A DNA stretch of 64,000 bases, taken from assembly GCA_965242525.1 (NCBI GenBank), contig OZ251459.1, forward strand, positions 3,872,001 through 3,936,000, given 5' to 3'. The first letter of the stretch is position 1, and each line of letters begins with the position of its first letter. This document shows positions 19,301 through 28,946 of the stretch, one piece after another. Source of the stretch: an uncultured Candidatus Binatia bacterium. Its GTDB lineage: Bacteria > Desulfobacterota > Binatia > UBA9968 > JAJDTQ01. The notes under the pieces were generated by a model. The model was not told the DNA's origin and made no database searches. It was given only the letters and a program-made list of their open reading frames with translations. The translations under genes were made by a program, and so were the position numbers.

Positions 19301-22300
19301 GGGATTATGGTAGTTTCTGCTATACCTGTGAGCTACATTGATGGCTATACTAAATAGTTGAGATCTTTTCTGTGTAATCAAACTATGATTAGCGCTACTT
19401 TGGCGTTCCGTTCGCAAAAAGATGGAGAAGACCAAAGTAATTTCTCTCCAGACTTCGTTCGCTGGTACCTGTCGATTCGAGATCGTCTCTGCGTCCAGGC
19501 GCCCCAAGGTTCTGACCGCCGAATCGATGCAGGCAGCGAGTTCGATGGCGTCGACGTCACCATGTACGGAAGCGTCCCGAGATATTCCGCTTCCAGCCGG
19601 AGCATCAGGAGGAACGGACTCCGGAATCTCTTCATCATATGAGGCGAGAAGGTGCCGAAGCCGCCAGTACCGAAAATGGCGACAGATAATATTGAAATCG
19701 TGACTGAAAGCTAACGTTTCCACTGTTAGGGCATTGCTATATGGCGTATGATCAAGCAGGGAAATTGCTTGATCGACATTTCCGTAATAGAAAAGAAGAA
19801 GCTCGGCAGCGTCGATTCTGAGAGTGGAACGTCGGACAGTGTAAATAGCAGGCGATCCAAAGAAGATTTAGCAGCGTCTGTTGTTGAAGCCTGTTCAAGT
19901 AACCTCTGCTGTGCACGGACGCGGAGATGTATTAGCGTCGCGATCTTGGAATTCCCGTCACCGTCTCTATATTCCTCGTCCTCGCAAGCCTCACGCCGAA
20001 GCCGGTAGTCCTTGAGCTGATTTACATGTTCAGCAAGAGCCGAATCGATCATGGTGAGCGCCTTTTCATCACTCTTGGTCGTCATCGCGTCGATAAGCGC
20101 TTTATTCATCCTTCGATAGCGAAGCCATCGCTCGGCTTCTGCGTGCTTGTCGTTTGGCGTATTTTTCGGCTCTTTCTCGACTTGACTCCGGATTGCAGCG
20201 ATGATGTATTCTGGCGGACGAAAAAGCACGGCGGCTCGTGTCCAGGCTAAAGCGGCGTCATCTTCCTGACCGGCCACTGATGTTCGCTTATGGTCATCGA
20301 GGCCATCCTGCTCTATCTGATCAAAGAGTCGTCGTCCTGCGGAATCATCTGCGTCTCCCAGTTTTGCGGCCAGTTCATAGGCATACGCAAGTGGTACTTG
20401 CCGCGTCTCAGATCCACACCAGGAAATGGCCTCCTTGACCAGCCCAGCTTCGTACAGAAGGGCGGGCATATTGACATTCTCAAGAGATGAAGTTCGAGAT
20501 GTCAACTCGACAGAGGCGAGGAGTAATCGAAGTATCCCTAAAACGTCGGTGCGGTTCGCGGCGACGTCCAGTGCGAAAGCGATATCTTGTCGAATGAGAG
20601 CGGGTGAACGTAGGCGTCGATATTGTTCACGAAAAACGCTTTGTTGCGCCAAGCTCATGACTTTGTCGTACTGGTTTCCGCAGTATCGGTGATAAAGTTG
20701 TTCTCCGGCAATGTTGTGGTCGGTTGCATTGGCGCAAAGGTCAGCGATACGTCGGTGAGTTCGGACTTCCATGCGGGGATCAGGGCACTGTTCGTCGCCC
20801 CAGGCAGTGCGGTCGGCGGTGAATTGTCGAAAGGAGTCATGGAAAAATCGCCATCTGTCCTGGTAGCGATTAAACAGATACAGGAATTTATCCCGGAAGG
20901 TTCTCACGGCAGCAGACGGTGCCCAGTCGGAAAGCCACCCCGTTGTGAATCCGTTTCGCAATCGAGAACAGACGGCAAGAATGTCCACGATATCGTTGTC
21001 GTCTCTCACTTCATCCCAAATCGCCCGATACTCGGCCTCGATGTCGCCTGAGTATGCGGGTAGTGCGGCAAGTATTTCCGCGTCATGTCTTTCGCCGCCA
21101 TTGCGGAGACGGTTCAGGAGATAACTTAGTGCCAGCGGATACCCGCGACTGAGTTCGACGATGCGCTGGTGAGTCTCCGCTGCTAGATTCTTCGTGATCG
21201 GCAGGCGGCGGCAGATCTTGAGGATGGCTGTCGGAGGCAGGCAGTGATGCTGAAGGTTGACAATGGTCTCTCGTTCGTGGAGTTGTTGTTGTGCATACGC
21301 GTGAAGAGGCTCCAGAGTCCGACTGCCGACTATAAACAGGACGCCGTCAGGCGTTTCGTCGGGACGAGGCAATTCTGAGAGCAGGTCGTCGTTGCCGGAA
21401 TAGTCGCGCCGGACATGGTCGAGACCATCGACGACAATGATCGTCCGACGACCCGTACGCTGGAACTCGGCACTCGCCGTGTCAAGCTTGTTGGTGAACT
21501 GTTGTCGGAGCGTCTCGATTTCGGTGCTGGGAAGTTCAGGTTCGTTACCGGAATTATCGCCGCCGCTCAGCATGAGCATCATGTCGTGCAGGAAGCCTCG
21601 AGCGCTCAGGCGTGTTTTGGCCGGCGCAGTGCCGGAAATGTAGGCATAATAACGGACGATTCGATCAGTGCTTCCTGAGAGTGATTGGCTCAGCAGTGTC
21701 GATTTTCCGGAGCCTGGTGGGCCGATCACAGCAAAATAGCCGCGGTCATGGCGAGTGATCGATTGGGATAGCTGATCGATTGCGTCGGCAAGCGGCTCAT
21801 AGGTGTCCAGGTCGACGGGAAATTCATGGCGGCTACGCAGACGCGGCCGATTTTCCCAATGCATCAGGTCAAGAACATCGTCGGCATTCATTTCGACGAC
21901 ATCGGATGCTTCCGAGACGCAACGTTTGAGGGTGTCTGAAAGTGCGATGATGTCCGATCGTCGTGTTGATTGTGACGTCGGCAGACCCGACTCGACAGCA
22001 ACATCAATGTGCAGTGACTGGAGGAATCGCTCAAACTTATCGCCCGCGAGCCCGCTGGCGTCTTGAAGCTTCTCAAGAGCTGGCCGCCATTCAGTGGGGA
22101 CGTCTTCGAGAGTTATATTCTTCAAGCGGAGTGGTTTGAGCACTCGGGTGAGGAAGGCGCTGAAGTGATCCGGAGATGGCTGGTTTGCACGACTCCCTAG
22201 TTGATCGTTGACCGAGGCAACCTGATTGGTGACGAGATGGACGTAGCTATCCTTCCTTTCTCTCTGTATAGAAATCCAGCCATCAGAAAGCGCCCGGACC

Positions 22301-22584
22301 AAAGACGCTCCGGATTTTCCGCTACGTGTGCGTTGATTCCGGACGACGTCATTGAAAGTGAGAGCATTGGGGGACTCGACCCTCTTGAACTGATAACCGT
22401 CAACGCGCCCGCGTCGGATGAGCAGCAGATCGTCAACACGCCCGGCGTCAGGGTCCGTCAGCCGCAGAGATTCCAGGTCGTGATTGAGCAGCGCGTCATA
22501 GACAAGTGCTGCGATGTGATCGTATTGCCACTGATATCCGCGAAGAGCGGAGCGTTCACCGGACGCCGGTGGTCTGTTCATCAC
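16379..22584 (-). pseudogene. Nuclease-STAND NTPase-helical repeat protein (Avs/AVAST-like, ~2,070 aa), split by a frameshift near 19,810
   Basis: ORF 19726-22584 has a PD-(D/E)xK-type N-terminus (ALRGYQWQY...VDDLLL...YQFK), Walker A GPPGSGKST, Walker B IVVDGLD and FFHDSFRQF. The frame of ORF 16379-19723 stays open upstream (DAAELLLFYYGNVDQAISLL...) to ~19,868. Lower GC than the host. Confidence 0.8.
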
Positions 22585-22786
22585 CGACCTCCTATTCGCA
22601 TGAAATAGACGGACCCAGTTCGAGGTCCTGACTCCATATCCAGCATCCTGCCTTCAGATAGGTCGAAACGAGATTGAAAGCGTGTCGATCTATACGGACA
22701 ATCCTACCAGAAGGGGCCTGAGAAATCTAGTGATGGCGCGATTTTGAGAGGTGTCGCGCTGGCCGGCAGAGTCACGTATGCCATGT

Positions 22787-23797
22787 GGCTCTTCCGGCTT
22801 TCCTATGGGTAAGGTAGGCGAGGGAGGGTGTGCGACAGGGCAGAGGGAGCGGCAAGGGAGGGAGCAATGCGAGACCGGGAGTTGTACGCGAGGATACTGG
22901 GGATCGAGGCGCCGTGGCGGGTGGAAGGGGTGGAGTTGAACCTGGAGGAGGGAGAGGTGGTGGTACAGGTGGAGCACGCGGGAGGGGGGTTGCGGTGTCC
23001 GGAGTGTGGGCGTGGCGGGAGCCGGTATGACACGCGGCAGCGTCGGTGGCGTCATCTGGACACGTGCCAGTACCGGACGATCCTGGCGGCGGGTGTACCC
23101 CGGGTGGAGTGCGAGGAGCACAAGGTGAAGCAGGTGCGGGTTCCGTGGGGGGAAGAGCGGTCGCGGTTCACGGCGATATTCGAGGCGTTGATCCTGGACT
23201 GGCTGCAACAGGCGAGCATTGCGGGGGTGGCGGCGATGATGGGGCTGAGTTGGATGAGGTGGACGGGGTGAGGCGTCGCGGGGTGGAGCGGGGCTTGGAG
23301 CGGCGGCAGGAACAGCGGAAGCTGCCGGGAGAGGGGGCGCAACGGCTCAAGGGCAGCCGCTACCTGTGGCTGAAGAACCCCCGGCACATGGACTGGCAGC
23401 GATGGAAAGCGTTCGGGGCGCTGCGGGACAGCGCGCTACAGACCGCCCGGGCCTGGGGCTACAAGGAGCACGCCATGACCCTGTGGGAGTACCGCAGCCG
23501 CGCCTGGGCGCGCAAGGCCTGGCTGGCCTGGTATCGCTCGGCCATCCGTTGCCGCCTGGAACCGGTCAAGCGTGTGGCCCGCATGGTTCGGAAGCACCTG
23601 GAAGGCATCCTCACTGCAGTGGTCCAGCGGGTCACCAACGCCCGGGCCGAAGGGATCAACTCCGGTATCCAGTGGGTGAAGTACCGCGCCCGCGGCTACC
23701 GCAACCGTCAACGCTTCCGGGACGCCATCTACTTCCACTTCGGTGGCCTCGATGTCTACCCCCATGGCGTCGCTCGAAGACCCCTTACCCACACGAA
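22787..23797 (+). mobile_element. Degenerate ISL3-family insertion sequence (transposase pseudogene from 22867)
   Basis: Left IR GGCTCTTCCGGCTTTCCTATGGGTAAGG; zf-ISL3 CPECG...WRHLDTCQY; frameshift near 23,250; catalytic middle deleted; C-terminal TNARAEGINS...ARGYRN; partial right IR ccttacccacacgaa. Confidence 0.9.
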
Positions 23798-23970
23798 TGT
23801 TTCCAAGGATACTTCCCGTAGTCGGTTTCTCTACTTGCCCGCGAAAGAGGCCGGCAAGCCCCTTGTCTTCCGTGGCGAAGCCCAGGGACACGTTGCGCTT
23901 CATCGGCGTCCAACCCCTGTCATGGAGTCTATTGAGTGAATCGCGGTCGGTCAAGAGAGCCTGCGGTGCG

Positions 23971-24085
23971 CGTTACACGCCCGCGAGCCGGGTTGCCGGT
24001 TCTCGAACCTCGATGGCCTCCACGTCTTTCGCCATCAGGTAGCGGTCGTCCCCGGCCTACGCCACGAACGCCCGGTCAGGGTCGA
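23971..24085 (-). repeat. Diverged direct-repeat copy of the 3' end of the AAA_14-DUF4143 gene (25621-25735)
   Basis: Shared block ...gcgagccggg...tctcgaac.cgatggcctccacgtctttcgccatc.ggtagcg.tcgtc...tacgccacgaacg... Confidence 0.9.
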
Positions 24086-24166
24086 GCGGTAGATAGGGGG
24101 GTTTTCGGTTGCTGCTCTCCATGATAGACTACGGCAATAACTCGCCATATTTAGCAGGTTGCCGCA

Positions 24167-24802
24167 ATGAAATTTCAGGATCTGGTGGCCATCGTCGCGG
24201 ACGAGCCGGTGTTCGAAACGGGGTTGCTGTTGGCCGGGCCGGGCGACCCCGCCCACGTCCAGCGCCAGCTTTCGCGCTGGACACGGACGGGCCGGATCCG
24301 GCAACTGCGCCGCGGGCTGTACACGCTGGGCCCGCCGTGGCGCAAATGCGTCCCGCATCCTTTCCTGGTAGCCAATCGACTCGTGCCCGGCTCCTACGTC
24401 AGCGGCGTCTCCGTCCTGGCTCATGCCCAGGTGATTCCCGAGTACGTTGCCGAGGTCACCAGCATCACCGGACGGCGGCCGCACGTCCAAAGCTCGTCTT
24501 CGGGGCGGTTCTCGTTCCGCCATCTCAAGGCCGACTTCCGGTTCGGCTACCGCCAAGTGGATCTGGGCGAAGGCCAGCAGGCGTTCGTGGCGGCCCCCGA
24601 GAAAGCGTTGCTGGACCTCGTCCATCTGCAACCCGGCGGCGACGACCAAGCCTACCTGCAGGAGCTGCGCCTCAACTTCGACCCGCTCTGCATGGATACC
24701 CTGAGCGAGTTCGCGGCACGGTGGGGGACGCCGAAGATCACACGGGCCGCCCGCTGCCTCCGCGAGTTGGCCGCCCACGAGCCGAAATACGAGACGTTGT
24801 GA
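24167..24802 (+). CDS. Type IV TA antitoxin, AbiEi-like
   Basis: wHTH 'QLSRWTRTGRIRQLRRGLY', 'GSYVSGVSVLAH', 'APEKALLD'; coupled to the nucleotidyltransferase toxin. Confidence 0.85.
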   Translation: MKFQDLVAIVADEPVFETGLLLAGPGDPAHVQRQLSRWTRTGRIRQLRRGLYTLGPPWRKCVPHPFLVANRLVPGSYVSGVSVLAHAQVIPEYVAEVTSITGRRPHVQSSSSGRFSFRHLKADFRFGYRQVDLGEGQQAFVAAPEKALLDLVHLQPGGDDQAYLQELRLNFDPLCMDTLSEFAARWGTPKITRAARCLRELAAHEPKYETL

Positions 24803-25599
24803 AAGACCACCTCCTGACGTTGGTCCGGGAACGCGAACCCTTGCAGGCGCGAAACCTCGTCCGCGAGTACCTGCAGGCCCGCATCCTCGGCGCCATGCAG
24901 CGCGCCGGCGCAATGACGACCTTGGCGTTCCAGGGCGGCACGTGCCTGCGTTTCCTCTTCGCGTTGCCGCGTTATTCCGAAGACCTCGATTTCACCCTGG
25001 AAGGCGAACCGTCGCAGTACGACCTGCCGCGGTACCTGCGATCCCTTCGCACGGAGCTGTCCGCGGAGCGGTATCAGGTCGATCTCCGCGTCCGGCAACA
25101 CCGCGTGGTGCACAGCGCCCTGGTGGGCTTTCCCGGCCTGCTGTACGAGCTCGGCCTGTCACCGCGCGCCTCGGAAGCGCTGGCGATCCGGATCGACGTG
25201 GACACCCGCCCTCCCGCGGGCGCGGAGACCGCCGTCAGCCTGGTGCGCCGGCACGTGACCCTGAGGCTCTACCACCATGACCGGCCTTCACTCCTGGCCG
25301 GCAAGTTGCACGCCGTCCTTCAACGGCCTTACACCAAGGGGCGCGACCTCCATGACCTGATCTGGTACCTGAGCGACCGCGCCTGGCCGGCGCCCAACCT
25401 GCCGCTGCTGAACGCCTCCCTCCGGCAGACCGGCTGGGCGGGCGCGGAGTTGACGCCGGATTCCTGGCGGCAGACCGTCGCCCGTCGCCTCGATGCCCTG
25501 GACTGGCGGCGCGCCGCCATGGACGTAGCCCCCTTTCTCGAGCGCCAAGAGGACGTAGAGCTGGTCACGAAGGACAACGCAAGGAGCTTGCTCGTCTGA
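24799..25599 (+). CDS. Type IV TA toxin, AbiEii/AbiGii nucleotidyltransferase
   Basis: 'FQGGTCLR...RYSEDLDF', 'KLHAVLQR...KGRDLHD'; GTGA overlap with the antitoxin. Confidence 0.9.
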   Translation: MKDHLLTLVREREPLQARNLVREYLQARILGAMQRAGAMTTLAFQGGTCLRFLFALPRYSEDLDFTLEGEPSQYDLPRYLRSLRTELSAERYQVDLRVRQHRVVHSALVGFPGLLYELGLSPRASEALAIRIDVDTRPPAGAETAVSLVRRHVTLRLYHHDRPSLLAGKLHAVLQRPYTKGRDLHDLIWYLSDRAWPAPNLPLLNASLRQTGWAGAELTPDSWRQTVARRLDALDWRRAAMDVAPFLERQEDVELVTKDNARSLLV

Positions 25600-25622
25600 C
25601 GGCAGGCCGGTCTGCTGGTGCG

Positions 25623-26792
25623 CTACACGCTCGCGAGCCGGGTGGCCAGTTCTCGAACCCCGATGGCCTCCACGTCTTTCGCCATCGGGTAGCGTTCGTC
25701 TCCGGCGTACGCCACGAACGTCCGGTCCGGGTTCAGGTCCTGGCGCGCGGTGTGGAAGCCGCGGCTGACCCTGGCGCTCAGGGAACGCTTGATCTCGACG
25801 GCCCAAGTCTGCCCGTTCGCATGTTCGATCACCAAGTCCACTTCCGCGCCCGCGCTGGTCCGGTAGAAGGAGGCCGACGACGGCCACGGCAGCGCCGAGA
25901 GCAGGGTCTCGATGACCCAACCCTCCCAACTGCGCCCCACCACGGGGTGGCCTGCCAGTTCGATGGACGAGGGAATGCCCAGCAGGGCGTGGACCAGCCC
26001 GCTGTCCCGCACATAGACCTTCGGCGACTTCACCAGGCGCTTGCCCACGTTGGCTCGCAGGGGCGTCAAACGGCGCACCAGCAGCAGGTCCGCCAGCAGG
26101 TCGATGTAGCGCGTCACGGACTGGGCGCTCACCTCCAACGCCTGGGCCAACCACGAGGCGTTCAGGATGGCGCCCTGGTTGTGGGCGAGCATGGTCCAGA
26201 GCCGCTCCAGGGCGGCGGCCGGGACGCGCGGTCCGAACGCGGCGACGTCGCGCTCCAGGTAGGTCCGGATGAAGTCCCTGCGCCACGCCAGGCTCGCCCG
26301 GTCGGAGGCCGCCAAATAGCTGTCCGGGAAGCCGCCGCGCAGCCAGAGCCGCTCCCGGTCCGCTCGCCGGTCCTCCACTTCCAGCACGGAAAACGGCCCC
26401 AGGTGGACGTAGCCGATGCGTCCCGCCAGCGACTCGCCGGACTGGCGCAGCAGGTCCATGGATGCGGAGCCCAGCACGAGGAAGCGGCCCACGCCCTTGC
26501 CCTTGCGCCGTCCGCGGTCGATGACGCCGCGGAGGGTCTGGAACAACTCGGGGGTGCGGTGGATCTCGTCCAGTATGACGAGGCGGTCCTCCAGGCCCTC
26601 CAGGAACAGGTTCGGCTCGCTCAGCCGCCCGCGGTCGTCGCCGTTCTCCAGGTCCAGGTAAACCGCGTCCCGCGTGCGGGCGATTTCCAGCGCCAGCGTG
26701 GTCTTGCCGGCCTGCCGCGGCCCCAGGAGCGCCACCGCTGCCTGGCGGGTGAGGGCCTCCAGGACTTGGTCTTTGACTCCTCGAGGCAGCAT
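25623..26792 (-). CDS. AAA_14 ATPase with DUF4143 (wHTH + PD-(D/E)xK) domain
   Basis: GPRQAGKTT, ILDEIH, ESLAGR, RGGFP, KSPKVYVRDSG, EVDLV...VEIK. Confidence 0.9.
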   Translation of the reverse strand: MLPRGVKDQVLEALTRQAAVALLGPRQAGKTTLALEIARTRDAVYLDLENGDDRGRLSEPNLFLEGLEDRLVILDEIHRTPELFQTLRGVIDRGRRKGKGVGRFLVLGSASMDLLRQSGESLAGRIGYVHLGPFSVLEVEDRRADRERLWLRGGFPDSYLAASDRASLAWRRDFIRTYLERDVAAFGPRVPAAALERLWTMLAHNQGAILNASWLAQALEVSAQSVTRYIDLLADLLLVRRLTPLRANVGKRLVKSPKVYVRDSGLVHALLGIPSSIELAGHPVVGRSWEGWVIETLLSALPWPSSASFYRTSAGAEVDLVIEHANGQTWAVEIKRSLSARVSRGFHTARQDLNPDRTFVAYAGDERYPMAKDVEAIGVRELATRLASV

Positions 26793-26835
26793 AACCTTGC
26801 AATTTATCCATAGAGTGGATAAATTGCAAGGTTAT
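26791..26835. promoter_or_regulatory. Perfect 20-bp inverted repeat at the start codon of the AAA_14 gene; putative operator
   Basis: ataaccttgcaatttatcca-tagag-tggataaattgcaaggttat; AT-rich in a GC-rich context. Confidence 0.75.
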
Positions 26836-26873
26836 TGGGGGAACACGCCTGTTTCAAGGAAAGCCCGTTTCAG

Positions 26874-26941
26874 GGAAACCCTGAACGATCATCCCCGTTC
26901 GTCCTGAGCGTAGCGAAGCGAAGTTGAAGGACGCGGTTTCC
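26874..26941 (+). mobile_element. Short MITE-like element: IS5-like ends around the REP-like core
   Basis: ggaaaccctgaac...ccccgttcgtcctgagcgtagcgaagcgaagttgaaggacgc...ggtttcc. Confidence 0.7.
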
Positions 26942-27035
26942 AGGAGATCCTTCGGTAGTCCTGCCGCACGGCGAAAGGGAAGTCCGTCCGAGTCGGCGGA
27001 TCGTCGCGGGAGGCAGGGCCGGACGGCGTCCGGGG

Positions 27036-27926
27036 TCAGATGACCTTGTTCAGCGGGTACTCGATGACGCCCACGGCGCCGTTGCGGGTCAACTCGGGGA
27101 TGAGCTCGCGGACCACGTCTTCGGCGATGACGCTTTCCAGCGAAAACCATTTCTTGCCGCCCAGGGCCGGGGTCTGGTAGAGGGTCGCCACCGTGGGCGC
27201 GGTCAGGCTGGGGATCAGGTCGATGACCTTCTCCAGGTCCGACTCCATGACGTTCATCTTGATGCCGACCTTGTGTTCCGCGGCCAACGCCCCCTGGAGC
27301 AGCATGCTGATCTGCTCGACCTTGGAACGCTTCCAGGGCTCCCGCCATGCGGACTTGTTGGCGATGAGCTGGGGCGCGGACTCCAGCAGGTCCGCCACGA
27401 TCCGCAGCCCGTGGGCCCGTATGGTGCTTCCCGTCTCGGTCACCTCGACGATGGCGTCCACCAAGCCCTCCGCGGCCTTGGCCTCGGTGGCCCCCCAGGA
27501 GAACTCCACCTCCACCGGCGTGTGGCGCGTCTCGAACAGCCGCCGGGTGAAGTTGACCATTTCGGTGGCGACCTTCTTGCCCTTCAGGTCTTCGATCTTC
27601 CGCACCGGCGAGTCGTGGGGCACCGCCAGCACCCAGCGCGTGGGCCGGAAGCTCGCCTTGGCGTACACCAGCTCGGTGACGAACTCGACCTGCGAGTCGT
27701 TCTCCTGGATCCAGTCCTTGCCGGTGATGCCGGCGTCCAGGGTGCCGGACTCCACGTACCGGGACATCTCCTGGGCGCGCACGACGCTACAGTGGAGGGA
27801 GTCGTCGTCCACGGACGGGAAATAGCTCCGGTCCATGCCGGTGATCTTCCATCCCGACTTTCGGAACAGCTCGATGGTGGCCTTCTCCAGGCTCCCCTTC
27901 GGAAGACCGAGCTTGAGTTGCTTCAC
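27036..27926 (-). CDS. hisG: ATP phosphoribosyltransferase (long form)
   Basis: [40 protein letters not shown]-terminal regulatory domain; GTG overlaps the hisI stop. Confidence 0.96.
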   Translation of the reverse strand: MKQLKLGLPKGSLEKATIELFRKSGWKITGMDRSYFPSVDDDSLHCSVVRAQEMSRYVESGTLDAGITGKDWIQENDSQVEFVTELVYAKASFRPTRWVLAVPHDSPVRKIEDLKGKKVATEMVNFTRRLFETRHTPVEVEFSWGATEAKAAEGLVDAIVEVTETGSTIRAHGLRIVADLLESAPQLIANKSAWREPWKRSKVEQISMLLQGALAAEHKVGIKMNVMESDLEKVIDLIPSLTAPTVATLYQTPALGGKKWFSLESVIAEDVVRELIPELTRNGAVGVIEYPLNKVI

Positions 27927-28300
27927 TTGCGGTAAACCTCCTCGGGGTCGAAGACCTTCTCGGCGCAGACCTCCCAGTCCGAGCCGGCGTCGTGGCGGTA
28001 GAAGCAGGTCCGGTAACCCATGTGGCAGGCGCCGCCGCCGTGCTGCACCACCTTGAGGATCAGCGTGTCGTTGTCGCAGTCCACCAGCATCTCCCGGACC
28101 TCCTGGACGTGGCCGGACTCCTCGCCCTTGAGCCACAGCTTGTCCCGGGAACGGCTGTAGTAGTGGGCCTTGCCGGTCTTTCGGGTGGCGTTCCAGGCTT
28201 CCTCGTTCATGTAGGCCAGCATGAGCACGTCCAGGGTCTCGTGGTCCTGCACCACCACCGGCACGATCCCTCCGCCCTTGCCGAAATCGATTGCCTCCAT
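27923..28300 (-). CDS. hisI: Phosphoribosyl-AMP cyclohydrolase
   Basis: [31 protein letters not shown]. Confidence 0.96.
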   Translation of the reverse strand: MEAIDFGKGGGIVPVVVQDHETLDVLMLAYMNEEAWNATRKTGKAHYYSRSRDKLWLKGEESGHVQEVREMLVDCDNDTLILKVVQHGGGACHMGYRTCFYRHDAGSDWEVCAEKVFDPEEVYRK

Positions 28301-28522
28301 CCGGGTCCTACCTCTTTCTCACGGCTGTCGATGGGGATGCGCCAGGATCCCGACAGGCTGCGGGTCCGGCCGGTGGCGGCCCGCGCCATGCGGATGGGCC
28401 GCGGGATACGCAGGACTCGGGCCACCGGGTTGTACTATGCAAAGCACGAAATAAAACATACAAAGGGTAGGCGCGCAACCGGACATGTGCAACGCGACCC
28501 CCAGGGAACCGGGAGCGGCCCC

Positions 28523-28846
28523 ATGAGTGAATTCCTCGTCGTCTTCATCACCGCGGCGCCGGGAGAGGAAGCGCAGCGCTTGGCCGAGGCGCTGGTGCGC
28601 GAGAAGCTGGCGGCCTGTGTGAACCGCATTCCCGGCGTCGAGTCCACCTACGAATGGGAGGGCCGGATCGAACGCGACGCGGAAGACCTGCTCGTGGTCA
28701 AGACCCGGGCCGACCTCTTCGACCGGCTCAAGGCGCGGGTCGAGGCCCTCCACGACTACGACGTGCCCGAGATCATCGCCCTTCCCATCACCGACGGCAG
28801 CGCCGGCTACCTGGAGTGGATGAGGGCCTGCCTGTCCGGGGACTAG
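28523..28846 (+). CDS. cutA: Divalent-cation tolerance protein CutA
   Basis: LVREKLAACVN, STYEWEG, HDYDVPEII, YLEW. Confidence 0.93.
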   Translation: MSEFLVVFITAAPGEEAQRLAEALVREKLAACVNRIPGVESTYEWEGRIERDAEDLLVVKTRADLFDRLKARVEALHDYDVPEIIALPITDGSAGYLEWMRACLSGD

Positions 28847-28946
28847 GACCGCCGCAGGGAACGCAAGGCGTCCCTTCTGGTCCGGACATGGAAGGGCAGC
28901 CCCATGGCTGCCCTTTTCCCGTCGGGCGCTGTCGGATGGCGCGGCG

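Noticed and set aside
19726-19870. Programmed -1 ribosomal frameshift in the STAND gene
   Set aside because: No canonical X XXY YYZ slippery heptamer with a downstream structure was evident; a mutation or assembly indel is simpler, though frameshifting is not excluded.
24109-24798. 496-aa ORF as a single long toxin
   Set aside because: The N-terminal 230 aa is a shadow of the overlapping antitoxin gene; the toxin most plausibly starts at GTG 24799.
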